NCBI RefSeq assembly: GCF_000315625.1
Contig: NW_005434638.1
Coordinates: 464,121 to 528,120, forward strand
Source: Guillardia theta CCMP2712
Lineage: Eukaryota > Protista > Cryptophyta
Direction: 5' to 3'
DNA length: 64,000 nucleotides
Shown here: positions 36,986 through 58,090 of the stretch, one piece after another
How positions within the stretch are numbered: the stretch's first letter is position 1
How the letters are laid out: each line of letters opens with the position of its first letter
Program-made: the position numbers and the translations under genes
The notes under the pieces: generated by a model
The model's input: the letters and a program-made list of their open reading frames with translations, nothing else
What the model was told of the DNA's origin: nothing
Databases searched by the model: none

Positions 36986-37196
36986 TCTCTTCCTTCCCTT
37001 GTTTCCTCGTCTCATCCTCGCCTTCCCTCCTCTCCTTCTCCCTCCACCGCACGTGCCAAATCGCCATTGACTTGTGGCCCTCATCCCCGCACATCCGGGC
37101 CTCACCTTTGCTCCGGTGCCCCAGCCGGTACCCGGCGTGACTGAGATCGCCCCCGGGCCTTGATCGCCGGGTCAGGCCCTGACTCACAAGGGCGAC

Positions 37197-39001
<1,805 letters not shown>

Positions 39002-39095
39002 TGGGATTAACGAGCTTCAAGTGAACTTACAAGAACTTTCTTGTCCTCCCATAGTCGTTGTAGAACTTTCGGATCGGTTCCGACCGGCAGCCATC

Positions 39096-41932
39096 TCATC
39101 TCTCCCTCGGCCCCCAGATCTTCATCTTCGAGTCAGCAGATGCTGTCACAATCAGCGGCTTCTCATGGTGGAAACTTGCACAGTAGACCTGCGCTCCCGT
39201 TAGCTTCAACCTTCTCGCTCTCATCCCCTCCTCCCCCCCCCCAAACCCTCCCCCCTCCTTTTTCGTCCTCTCCCTCCTCCCTCCTCCCAATCTTCCAACT
39301 CCCTCTCACCCTGTCCGCATGACCCTCCAGCTTCTGAAAGAACTCGCCGAAGGAAGGGTTGCTGATGTCGTACACGTAACAGTACTTGTCGACGCTGCCG
39401 TCATTGTCAGCTCCTCCTACCCTTATGTCTCGATCATCGTCACCTCCCAGTCGCCACAAGGAGCGACTTGTCCAGGGTCGTGGAGCGAGAAGTGGAGGAT
39501 GCAAGTTGTTGGGTTGAAGCTGAAGAAGGGACAGTTACGTCAGGGGTGCACAACAGTACGAGGAGGATGAGGAGGAAGGAGAGAGGACAAGGAGGATGGA
39601 GGAGGGGAAAGTTTTGGGATGGACTAGAATCCTTAAATGGGGGAAAGAGGAAAGTACCGAAATCCTGTGAAAGTGCAAAAAATCAGCCGTCAAGCATTGA
39701 GAAGCAGTAGGGAAGGAACACGAGAAAAGCAAACACGCAGTGTGTATGTAGCGTCAAGAGCAAGGACAACAAAAGGAGAAGAGGAGAGAACGGAAGGAGA
39801 GCAGCAAAGAGACAAAGTTAGAAATGGAGCTCAGCCGAGAGCGAAAGGAGCTGTTACTGCAAATGCTCACGTTGGCGTAGTTGTAGAGTTTGCCCCTGAA
39901 GAAAGAACTCCTGATGGGGAAATTCTTGTTTTTGTGCCCCTACCACACAACTCGTCAATCCCACCCAACCCGTCCATTCATCCTCCTCCCATACTCCTCT
40001 ACTGTGATGCTCACCTGCAGCGAGTGGATCATTCGGAGAGACTCCCGGCTGCCCGGCATCTGGTCCCTTTCATGGCTTCCAACATTTGCTCGTGAGAACA
40101 CCTGAATTCAATCAGAGAAAAGCCAGGAAAATGCATCCATCATCATATGAAGAAACAATGAAGTGGGATGCGTCAATGAATGCAAAGTAGGTTGTTCCTT
40201 ACCCGTAAGATGTTGTCGTAGCTGTTCGCTGCTAATAGTGAAATCTAACGACAACAGAAGTCATGCAATGCTCGTACAAGAAGCATGATTTTCTCACCTC
40301 TTGCGATTGAGATAGTGTTGCAAAGTGTAAATCACTGATTGGTTTGTTGGACTCGATGTGGAATGCCACAGAATCGCAAGCTGATTCGTTCATCATGCGC
40401 AAATCCCATGCTTTGATGCATCCCTTAGAATCTCCAGAGAACAGCTTGTTGCACTGAAGCAAACCATCACACACACCCGGCAATGAGAGAGAAGCAAGAA
40501 ATTACATCTGGCGTAAAGCACAGACCATTCATCATCCCGTCGTTCTGCAGGACACTGGCAAACGTGGAAGATCGCTTATCGATCAAGCATGCCTGCAGCG
40601 AACACCTCGATCAAACCAACATGGCTCTTGAGAGAAAGGAGATCATCACTTGATTCTGAGAAGTTCCGGCCCAAATCTGGTTGCAGTCTAGAGGGTGGCA
40701 GACGCAGCAGAGGACAAATCCACAGAGCTCATACGAGGAGACTGACTTGCAAGCCTGAAGTCGGAGGACGTCAAAACAGCCCATGACTTCATCACTCGAT
40801 AGAGCAAACAACCTGCAAGTCCCAATACTTGACGGATCTGTCGTACGCACCTACCCTTGCACATCAGCACCAACAGAGAGGGGCTGGAGTTCTTGTTTCA
40901 CCGGAGACCAAGAACAAATCGTCACTTGTCCATGAGACATCGCTTACATTCAGGTTGTGCTCCTGGCAGCGTACACAATCAGATGTCTTCACGCAAAGTT
41001 TGATGAGACACCTGTAAGATAGACTTCTCCTCCCCCTGTTTCGTCATCACCAGCATCATCAGCTCTACCCTAGGGGCCAAGGTTCTGCAAGGTTTACCTG
41101 AAGTCGACCAGCCGAATCGCTCTGGACCGTCCAGATTCTACAAGTAGAGTCAGATTCGGGAGAGAACGCAAAAGGAGGGAATGTGCACAAGTGGAGGAAG
41201 CTATGACAAGAGGAAGGAGTGAATCTTCAGGGAGGCAAGGAAGGTGGGGTATGGAGCGGACGGGGTAATGGAGGGCAGCAAACAAGGGAAGACATGGGAA
41301 TGAAAGGGATGAATGAGGGAAGAGTCCGAGGTAGGGCAGAGAAGGGGAGGGGAGGGAGGGATCTGACCTGACGCTTTTGTCTAGAGACCCCGAGGCAATA
41401 TACTGCCCCTGCATGAAAATTGAGATCTAGCATGGTTCAGGAGGACGAGGGCGAATCACCTTATGGCAGAATCGCGCTACGTACACGGCACCAGCATGAC
41501 CCTGTGGAGGAAGTCACGAGGGAAGAGAGGAGATGTCAAGAGAGAAGAGGACCTCAAGGTCACACTTGCAAGAGAAGCTCTTCCCCTCCTCCTTCCTCTG
41601 CACAGGTTTGTTGTGAACCTCCTCCTGAAGTTGGTCTTGAATTCCTTCTGAAGTATCAATCCCATCGGAAATTGTCAAGGAATCCTGAAAAGACGGGCAA
41701 CGCCTTACTCACTGAGTACAAGGCGAGCAGACAGTGCTACCTGAGAGCCGACCATGTGGTTACTGGATCTTTGCTTGATGCTCAGCTCGAAGTATGCTCG
41801 CTTCAGCTCTTTGTACTCTCTTTCCATTTTCTCCAGTTTCGACCGAAGCGTTTTGTTCTCCATTTCCACGAGATCAATCGATCTTTGTGCGGAATGGACT
41901 TCACGAGTCAGTGAGGCTGCTGAGGTGCTCAT
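39096..41932 (-). CDS. N-terminal coiled-coil + WD40 repeat protein; multi-exon
   Basis: GQYIASGSLDKSV, LFSGDSKGCIKAWD, KLEGHADR|VYCASFH...IVTASADSKMKIWG; N-terminal heptads ENKTLRSKLEKMEREYKELK. Confidence 0.85.
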
Positions 41933-42299
41933 CTTAGCCTGCTTTCACGGTGCTTCTCAAAACTTATGCTCCGCAGCCAGCATTTCCAGCGCCCACGAAT
42001 CAGTTTTTGAGCAGGATTCTCATGATCTAGGTAGAGCAGGCAAATGCTGTGATTATTTTCTTCTTGTATGAGAGATCATATCACATGACGATGAGGATTC
42101 AGACACTGAAGGCGACGAGGACTACTGCTCCAACGCCACTTCATGCTCCAACAAGCCTCGTGAGCTTCGCCAGCCAAGGACAACTCAAATCCGAGACAGG
42201 AGGGGAGGCAACTACGGAGACAGGGAGAGAAGAAGGGGGAGCAGGATCAACTGACTGGCCTTTCTCTCACTTGCTCCTCCTCCTTCTCCGTCCTTCCAT

Positions 42300-44000
42300 A
42301 ACCCGTCTGTGCATGCCGCACCAACCCTGCCACCCCACCCCCCTACCAACTTCGTTTCATGTACCCCACCTTTTTATTTTGATGCCTGAATACTACCCCC
42401 ACCCCATTTTCGACTTCACACGCCATGGAAACCCTACATCATAGGATCCTGTACCGGTCCAGCATTGATCCGAGATTGGTACCCTACCCCACTTTTACTA
42501 CCTTCATGACCCCACCTCATATCACTCATGAGACTTCTTGCATACCCCTACCCCTCCTGCTTGTTGTCCTGGAAACAAGCTAAACTATTGGGCTGAGCTA
42601 AACTCAGTTCAGTGGCCCGGCCGGGCCCAGGGCGGGGCCGGCGGGGCACTCACCGGGACCGTCACGCCGTGCCGCGCCGCTGACACGCCAACCGGCGTCC
42701 GATCATACTATCCCGCGAGTCGGCCCAATCTGAGGAGCCTCGGGCCGGACTCCCGGGAGAGTTCAAGAGGACTGCGGCGCCCGGCCGGGGCCGGCACGGC
42801 CTTTTCAGCCTATTATCAGTCGGATTCAGACGCCGCCACTCAGTGAAGGGCTCTGGGCCAGTGGCATAATCATGATCGGATCGACCTTAGTTGCCAACCG
42901 TTGAACTGAGACAGTTTTGGCAGTGACCGGGTCCCGGATCAGCACAGGCTGCGGCACGCCGGTACCGTCCGTACAGTAGTACTGAACGGTACGGTACTCC
43001 GTAGTACCGCCGGTACTGCCTACATTGCCGCCTTGAAACGCGTAAGGGTCGTCTTGGTTTACAGGAGAGTTTTGTTATCTGAGAGTCGGCGGCCGCTTAT
43101 CTGACTGGCACGGCTGGCATAAAAAGTATCACGATCAATCAATCACTCAGCGGCCCCGCCGCCCGGCCGGCCGGTGGCCGGGCGGCACGGCGGCTTGCCC
43201 GGCGCAGTGCGGCCGCCGGGCGCCCCGGCAAGTCACCGTCACACTGAGTCAGTGCCGCGCTGCCATGCTACGGACCCGCGGCGGCCCGTACGGTCCGGCC
43301 CGTCCGGGCCCCGACGGTACGGAAGTTCGGCCGCCGCTGAGTCCCGGGCCCCGGCCCGTCGCCGGACTCGGGAGTGATCAAAAGGATCAAGTACGGTACC
43401 GGCGGTACGGTACGGTCATCGATCACGGCTGACCGTGACTCAGTCGCGGTAAACTTCGGAATGACCAGGGCCGGGCGGGCGGGCGGGCGGGGGGGGGGTA
43501 GGGTAGTCAGTGAGTCCTTACAATTTACCAGGGACCTGACAGATAGTACCCCCCACCCCCCACATCCGGCCACGTGACTGGGTGTAGTAACTTGCCGACA
43601 CTGTGACTTTGGAAAGGAGAGGGGTGACTACCCCTCTTGCTACTGGCCCTACCCCTATCACCTTATCGGATTTTGCTGCCGTGGGGTTGTTTTGACAATC
43701 TCAAAAGGGGGTAGGGGGTAGGGGGAAAGAAGCAGATTTTTGGTGCGATAAGTGATAGTAGACCTAGGACTTTGGTTCATAGAATACCTAGGACCTCCTA
43801 TAAATTCCAAATAAAGGTCAAATGAACATGACCGGGTGCTGAACTCGGAATATACTCATCATACCCTGCACCACCCTCATTAAATGACCCCCCTGGTAGT
43901 CATATGTACGGGTGGTGAAGGGTATATCTTACATACCACCGGTGAGTGGTTCTGGACCCCACCCACTGCTCCTCTACAGAATAACCCTGCGGTCAGCGCG
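42300..44000. promoter_or_regulatory. Divergent intergenic region with ~1 kb GC/CCGG/GTAC island (42600-43580) flanked by TACCCC- and GGGGTA-rich tracts
   Basis: Between head-to-head WD40 and LOV genes. Confidence 0.5.
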
Positions 44001-44091
44001 CCGGCCATGGCTACCATGCGGGGACGAAGCTGGAGCTGTGGAGAGACGAGCGGAGGATGCGAGGAGAGCGGGAGAGGGAAGGCAGGCGGAA

Positions 44092-46461
44092 GATGGTAGA
44101 AGTCAGGTTGATGATTGCGCGTTCCTTGGGTTGAGATCAGGAACACGGTGCCAGTATGAATGTTCAAAGGAGAGAATCACAAGTGGGACGAATTTGAACT
44201 CCATGGAGAGCGGCAGAAAATTGATGTGAAGGATCGATCGAGCACTAGGGTGGTGGGACCGGATTGACTGATGGTATACTGATGACTGAACCACTCTCAT
44301 GCAAAAAATTCTAGAGGTTCCAAAACATGCACTAGGAAGCGGTTGCAAGTTTTGTAGCCATTCATACCCAGAGTCAGCTTGTATAACTGTTCCTGTTCTG
44401 AATGGCATATACATCCTCCCAAAGCATGCTGGACTTGAAATGTTCCTTCAATTTGTGATAAGTGGCAGCAGGCAGGACTGATTGAAACTGAATAACGCCA
44501 GCCACGCATCGAGTACAATGCACCCGAAGGTAATTCTTCCGTCTGTTTCTTCAGTATTTCCCTGACCGCTTCCTCCAAGACTGATAACACCGCATCCCCG
44601 ATCACCTCCCCCTTTCCTGCGTCTTTGCCAACAAACCCAGCCGGTATTCTGTCGCCATTAACTGCCGCAAGACATGCGGGCAGCACTGCAGCGATGGAGA
44701 TTATGGGAAAGCTCAATCAGCAGGCAAGCAGGCAAGGATTGAAGTTTTCATCCTAGCAAAGTTCTGACAGGCAACGGATCAGCTTCTTTCTAGCGGATGT
44801 ACACAGAGATTCTTATCCCATCACTTTCGTGTCGGAGAATTTTTGCAAACTTACAGGTATGTTGCTGAACAGCCAGAGTTCGTCATATTCTTGACCATGA
44901 GCTTATCTTAGGGTACTCTATGGATGAATGCCTTGGAAAGGAATATTTCTTTTTCAAGGGACCTCAAACAGACAAGGACGCCGTCGAAGACCTGCAGAAG
45001 GCAAGTGTTTTTCCAACGTAAGACTGTCTCACTGGAGAGCAAACAGTCTGTCGAAGACGGAGTAGAGTATGGCTGCAAGCTGATTTGCCACAAACGGGAT
45101 GGGTAACACCGCTCGTACCTATTTATTGCTCTTGAAACATGTTTACAGGAGCACTTTCTGGACCAATCTCAACGTATGCCCTGGTTTGTGTGGATTGCTT
45201 GAACCGACCCGATGCGTCCCTCACAAGTATTTTAGTCAAGGATAAGCAAGGAAATCTGCAGATGATTGTAGGGAATTTGGAGGAGTTGGATGACAAGGGA
45301 AATACCTTGGTACGAGAGCAGGTTAAAGCCTTGGAAACTCAGTCCGTTGAAATTTTTGTTGCTACAGGATTTTCCCTCAGTAGACCATTTCGATTCGACA
45401 GAAGATTTTGCGCATCAGCTGTCCCATAAGATGATGATGCATGTACGTACAACGTACATGCCATGGTTGTGCAAAGGTGGTAACTGTGGCTATCAGGAGA
45501 AGAAGCCAGCTTTTATCAATGAAGCATACACGACTCGTTTGACAGATTTGCAGCGAAATGAGGCAAGTTGAAATCTTCTCAAGGGGCATCATAGAAATGT
45601 CTAACGCACGGGTATGGCAACACCAGGTTGTCTGCGTGGCAGACGCTCGACTTCCTGACTGTCCGATTGTCTTTGCCAACCAAAGATTCTTTGATTTGAC
45701 TCAGGTAGGTGGTTTTGCTTCTTGTTTGAATCTACTCCCAACCTCACTCGATTGACAAACCCGGCAGTACACCCGCGAAGAAATTCTTGGCCGTAACTGC
45801 AGATTCCTGCAAGGGCCCGACACAGACAGAGATGATGTGACTGAGATTCGCGAAGCGATCAAAGCTGGTCGTCCTGTGTCTTCATGCATTCTAAATTACA
45901 AGTGAGGGCGGCCTGTTGTTTGTAGGTCTTGTAATTTTGTTCTTTCTTGCTAACAGGAAAGACGGAACCCTGTTTTGGAATCACTTGCACATTGAACCAG
46001 TATGCTCTGCTTTCTCGCACCAGCTAGACTCTAAAAGTCCTTGAAGGTGCATGACAACAACGGGAGCATCACTTTCTTCGTCGCCTCACAGGTTGATGCT
46101 CATCAGTGCGGGACAGTTGCTGGGGGCTGACTCTGGTCTTGCAGCATGACGTCACGCACCTTATGGACGAGGCGATAGAGCACATCTGCGAAGGCAACTC
46201 TCTCACTCTCTCCAGCTTGTCGCTGGTCTGACGGTCGATGAGCAGGCAAGCCGATAGATCTTGACAAGTACAACGAGGGCAAGAGGATAGAAGAGGCTCA
46301 AGATGATGCCCTTCAGAGCGTTATCTTCTCGCTCCCAACAGCAGACCAGGTGAGAATCTCTTGGGTTGTGTCGTGGTCTAAGTCTGTTTCTCCTTCCTTC
46401 TCCTCTTGCTCCCTTACAGTTTGGCGATCGACATCTGCTCAAGCAAGGTTTTCATCACTAG
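44092..46461 (+). CDS. Dual PAS/LOV protein (degenerate LOV1 + canonical LOV2), no kinase or bZIP seen; start uncertain
   Basis: LOV1: SFFLAD...[14 protein letters not shown]|[21 protein letters not shown]; LOV2: [22 protein letters not shown]|[20 protein letters not shown]...LNYK|KDGTLFWN...FFVASQ|HDVT. Confidence 0.88.
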
Positions 46462-46519
46462 CAACGCCTATAGCCTATCAACACTTTGTTCTACTCACAA
46501 TCTCTCCTTCTCAAACTCC

Positions 46520-52936
<6,417 letters not shown>

Positions 52937-53207
52937 TGCGACCACCCCTACCCCTCCCTTAGCCTTCTTCAGTCCTAGACCCCTCCTGTAGAAATTTTCT
53001 CTCCCCGACACGCCCCGACACTGCATGGGATGGAACGGCAGCGAGGGAGCGATGGAGAGAGGATGAAGGAGAGGGAAGGGAAATGAGTGCATCACCATGA
53101 CGTGCTGGCGGTAAAAGACACACCAGCATGCTGATGGCAGCGAAAGAACGCTGATCGCCAGGATCCTTCGCTTTCTGCTCCTCCTCTTCTCCTCTTTGAG
53201 ACTTGCC

Positions 53208-55064
53208 ATGGTCGTCGGTGCCGAGGTGAGGGTTGTTGTTGTTGTCTACACTCAGCTCATTGCACGTGCAGGAAGCATGCCTGCTGACAGCAGCAGAAGC
53301 TCGTGAGTGGCGATACAGGGGGGAGGGCTCCATGAACTTAGTGATGGCCTACATTGGCGGTGAACTCTTCGGGTTTGTATGAGCGACAACTGATAACTTA
53401 GGTTCATGCAGACAAGGAGGGTCTTCAAGGAAAGGTCTTACGACTCCGCAAAGCTCCAATAGACAGCGACGAGAGCTTCAAGTGCGCATCAATAGAGGAA
53501 AGCTACGCATTTCTACAGCGGCAACAGTTCTCCAAGCTTGATGGCTCCTGCCTTCCACGAGGACTCCTCGTCTTAGTGTCTCGAGACTTTCTCGCCAGCG
53601 TCAAGTCCTCCTGTCACGGTCTGCGACCTGCGCACCGGCTGACCAGAGACTTGGACTTGACCGCGAGGTCTGGATGGCTGCTGCCGGATCTAGTATCCGT
53701 GCCTAAGGAGCTCTTGGTGGGAAGCAAGGTCTTTCTCGGCATTGAGATCAAACCAAAGTGCGGGACCCTGCCCGATCGCAAGCTGTTGAGTTCAGCTACA
53801 GCCATCAAGGCACAAGTCAGCAGATACCGCATGATGCAATACGAGAAGCTGAGGACCGGGAAGATAACATCTATCAGCTCCTACGACCCCCTCGACCTCT
53901 TCTCAGGAGATTTGCTGCGAATGCAGACAGCGGTAGAAGTATTGATAACTTCAGGGACACGTTTAGACTCACTCCTAGCTCTCAGGTGCGCAACATGATG
54001 CAGGACCCGCAAAACGTGTTCAGAGTTTGGGTCTGTAGCGGCCCCAGCAGCGCGATCAGGTTGGGATGGACGGGTTTGTCATCTGTGCATGAAAGAACTT
54101 GTCTGCAGACATCTTGGGAGCGAAGAAGAGCTCCGCGAAGTGCTGGGCAGGTTCGTTGCCTTCACTGACTGACAATCATTCAAATGTTCCTTTAGCCCTG
54201 GCCTCTCTCGCAGTTGGGAGTCCGAAGAGGACTTTTGCAGGTATTGTTGCTCGTGAGCATTAGCCTTAAATGCTCTGATTCCCCAGGCTGTAGGCTGTTC
54301 GCCAAAGTCGTTCAGCACTCGAAAGTGCTTGTTCGAATCAGGTGCCCTGTCCGAGTTTGCAAGTTTTGTGCTTCATTCCATTCTTTTATCCTTGCCCATT
54401 GAGTTGGCCGATTGAGTTTTCCCCTTCCTTGCAGGGAGCTACAAGCTCTGGACGCCCTTGACATCGAAAACATCTATCACATGCACAGATGCCTGGCCAA
54501 CCCTGACGAGTATTCAGAGGCTGATGCACGGTCGTCGGCACCTGCTAAGCTCCCTCCTGTACGTTTGCTGTGCGCTCTTCGCTGATCGCTGTAACATGCT
54601 CTTGTCTCAAGGTTGGAGACTGGGACAGGCTCATCGAAGAGTACTTGATTGCACATGTGAGATGCTGATTGGCTCCATCGTAGAGCACTGAACGGTTGGT
54701 TCTTGCTTCTCGACAGAGCGCTAAGGATTGTTCGGTCATCTTCACGCTGACCATGATTGACAAGCAAGAACACGATTCATCCTCAATCATGTCATCAGCC
54801 AAAAGTCATGGATTCGAGCTTGTTGATGAAAGTGAAAGCTGCGCTGTGTTGTACAGGTTTGGCGTGGTAACGTGTTTCCGGATGGAAGCGTTTGTGTCGC
54901 GATTGACACAGGCCCAGATTGACCTTGATATCAAGCTTCGCACCAAAATCCCCGAATACATGTAAGACCATCTCCTCAATGATCCCGTGACCCCGTGCTT
55001 GCCAAGGTCACAAGATTCACGGATCCTGGAGGGGTACCTGGAGCACAACGCAGATAAATGTTGA
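53208..55064 (+). CDS. IPK1: Inositol-pentakisphosphate 2-kinase; multi-exon
   Basis: WRYRGEGSMNLV, GKVLRLRK, IEIKPKCG, SRYRMMQ, YDPLDLFSGD, PQNVFRV, SAKDCSV, IDLDIK = full IPK1 motif series. Confidence 0.92.
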
Positions 55065-55679
55065 ATCAATCCGCAATAAATGTTGAATCAATCCGCCATG
55101 AGCTCGAATAACATCAACTCTTGTCTTCCAACTTAGCATGAAGATCTCTTCTCCCTATCATCCATGCTCCATGCTCCCTCCCGCTCTCCTTCCGCTTCCA
55201 GTCCCACTTGACCAGTGTTTGTCGGGGACTGTGATCGGATACGGGTACTTTGCCCTGGAAAGAAGGGGGTACCAGCACCCCTCGTATCAATGTCCTCTAG
55301 TGGGTGGGGGTGACACAAAATGGTACAAAAAGCTGGGTAGTTACTCGATCAATGAGGGGGTGGGGTAATCAATGAAGGACCCCTGGAACACCAGACACTT
55401 GGCTTTTGGGAGACACCGACATGCTGGTACTTGGAGGGAATGCAGAGGACATGGGAGGAACCGGGGGGGGGGAGGAGGAGGAGAGTGGAAATGATGGAGA
55501 GTTCATGATAGAGTGGAGAGGATGGAGACGAGTGGAGGAAGGATTGGAGGCAGATGGAGGAGTGCAAGACGGAGTGATGGAGGGGAGAGAGGAGAAGAAA
55601 CAGGGAGCGGGTATGTTCTGACCAAGATGTGTTACAGGCTGTGAGGAACTGGTATTGAGCTCCGTACACTCATTCCAAG

Positions 55680-58090
55680 ATGGTTGCTATGCCTGCAGCG
55701 AAGCTGTCGTTGTTGACATGTGAGAACTTGTGAGACTCACCTTGAGTTGAGTTTGACATTCCTTCTAGTCTACTCCTGCCTGCCTGCGCTTCTATACGCG
55801 CAAACTGCTTCTGTTCCTGGTTGTGGATTATCACGTACTCCTCAGCCATGCCCGATCTTGACCAGTAAGGGATACATGCATCAAAACCCCGATGGCTCGC
55901 CGAACGACCAAGTTTTTGAACCGCCGTTGAGTCAGCAAGACGTTGCATGTGAGTGATCAGGGCTGCAGTGCATTCTTGCATGCTGAGAGATGTCTGTTTC
56001 TGAGAGATGTCTGCTTCTGAGAGATGTCTGCTTCTCAGAGATGTCTGTTTCTGAGAGATGTCTGTTTCTGAGAGATGTCTGTTTCTGAGAGATGTCTGTT
56101 TCTGAGAGATGTCTGCAGGTACAAGTAAGGCAGCAACATGCGTGAACAATGTCTGTAACTATGCGAACGGCATGACCGGATTGGGACCGTAAATTTCTTC
56201 ACTGATGATTGGTTCTCCTTTGACACGACATTGTAGATCTAACGTTTGGTATGAATTGAAGCCCGGAAGTCCTGCTGTGTGCGGACACGGCAACCGAGAG
56301 TTCTCATTCTTTGCCAAGAAGGGAACCAACGCAAACAAGGTTGCCGCCTTCCTCCCTTGATACCTACAGTCTGATGGATGTCTAGGTCTTGTTGGTTCTG
56401 TTGGCCGGTGGAATGTGTTGGGACTCAGCTACGTGCCTTGGGAGCACACCCTCTGACCGCAAGATGGCTGTAGACTCGCTGTCTGACAGCTACCAAGTCG
56501 TCGTTGGGGGCGTTCCCCAGACCATCGACGAACTTGCCCCCGCTGTTCCCAAGGCCTTGAAGAATGTTTGGTCGCCATCTGGAAAGTCGACGTTTGAGAC
56601 AGGAATACTGCAGTCAGATTCGCAGTTCGCGGATTGGTCAGTTGTAGTCGTGCCGGATTGTACGGGAGACATGCACATTGGTAACAGGAGCATCACGTAC
56701 GATGCTGGGGCGCCCTCTTGTATTACCGCTCATCATGTCGGAGCAGTCAACACTGGTCTGGCAGTCCAATGGATGATGAAGTACTTTCCTTCCTTGACTG
56801 ACGTGCTCGTGGTTGGAACTGGGCTGAAAAACTCCAAGGCAACGGGTGGATCTGGAGCTTCGTTCTGGGCATGGTATGTGCAAGAGAGGTATCCTAGTGC
56901 GAAAATTCGATCCGTCACAGATTCAGATTTGGCAATTTACGGGCCCGACAAGAAGCATATTTTTCAGAACGATCCATGGGGTACCTTGAATGCGTCGGTG
57001 CCAGATAAGAGTTTCCTTGGCAGCTACACCGCTCCCACCTTGCCCGGCAAGAAACCAAACTTCCTCACCCAAGGTTTCCTCCTTCCTGCAAAGAACGAGT
57101 GGTTCTTTGCAGACGATGATAAGACCTACTACATGAGGTACATCACGCACTACTATCCGTCCATAATCTTCGCCGACATTTCGTTTCTCAATGATCAAAC
57201 CCAGGAGATGATTTTCGTGCAAACTGGTGGAAAATTACACGACTGTTGCTATGACGGTTGCAGTTGTAACGCACAGCAGGAGATTAGAGGTGGCAGGTAT
57301 GATTGGTTGAAATCTCAAAAGGTCACGATCTTGAGAAGAAACAATTTGCTTCCAAATAATTACAGAATTTGGCTTTCTGACCAGAACCCTCATCATTTCT
57401 TGTTCTTCTGGAGTGATTTTGTTACCCATCAACTCATTGTCAATGATATGATGACGAATTTTTATCAAAATTCAACAGCGAACACATGGCTTTTCAATCT
57501 TGTGAACTCCATGGTGAGTTTCACTACACAGGCTGGTGACAGCACCAGCATCATCATCTCAAACAATCTCAAGCCGTCGAACACCTCCATCTGCTTGACA
57601 TGTTTGTCTGGAGTTCTTGGCTCTAAACAAGGAGAGGAAAAATGTCTAATGTCGTGGGGATCTGGAGAGAGCTCCATATCTGTCGCACCGAAGTTCAAGA
57701 CCGACTGGCTTGCTTTGTGGTCCCTCAACGGAGGAGACAGCCCAGATCTGATCATGAGCCAATCGACATATCGTTTCGGGCACGAGTATGTCATCTTGGT
57801 GAGCAACTTTCCTTCCTCGCTCCTCCTGCTTGCTGATTCTTTCCTTCCAGCCAGGAGAAACTCTCGCTCAGATTGCTTCTCGGTTTGGAACGACAGATGC
57901 TGAGCTAGCAGACCTCAACTACAACTTGATCACCCACATCAGCAATCCTTTCCACGTCATGGCTGGAGATGTCGTCTGCATAGTTCCTCATTTTACAGCT
58001 GCTCTTGATAGGATGGGAAATCCTCTTTGCCCGAGCAACTTGCAAACCCTCGGAGCTCAACTCCCTTCCTCGGTGGCTCAGCCTGTGTAG
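55680..58090 (+). CDS. Secreted pectinacetylesterase/Notum-like domain + two LysM domains (paralog B)
   Basis: Leader MVAMPAAKLSLLT|FYSCLPALLYA; WYELKPGSPAVCGHGNREFSFF (near-identical to paralog A); GGMCWD, PDCTGDMHIG; GESSISVAPKFKTDWLALWSLN and GETLAQIASRFGTTDAELADLN...GDVVCIV. Confidence 0.82.
55983..56118. repeat. 17-bp minisatellite x~8 (CTGAGAGATGTCTG[T/C]TT) forming the 3' part of an intron
   Basis: Visible; last unit ends in ...GTCTGCAG acceptor. Confidence 0.92.

Noticed and set aside
42538-43577. G/R/P/A-rich ORFs in GC islands (also 1630-1890, 27178-27495)
   Set aside because: Stop-poor GC sequence; no coding signature
44092-46461. Calling the LOV gene phototropin or aureochrome
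   Set aside because: No kinase downstream and no bZIP recognised upstream
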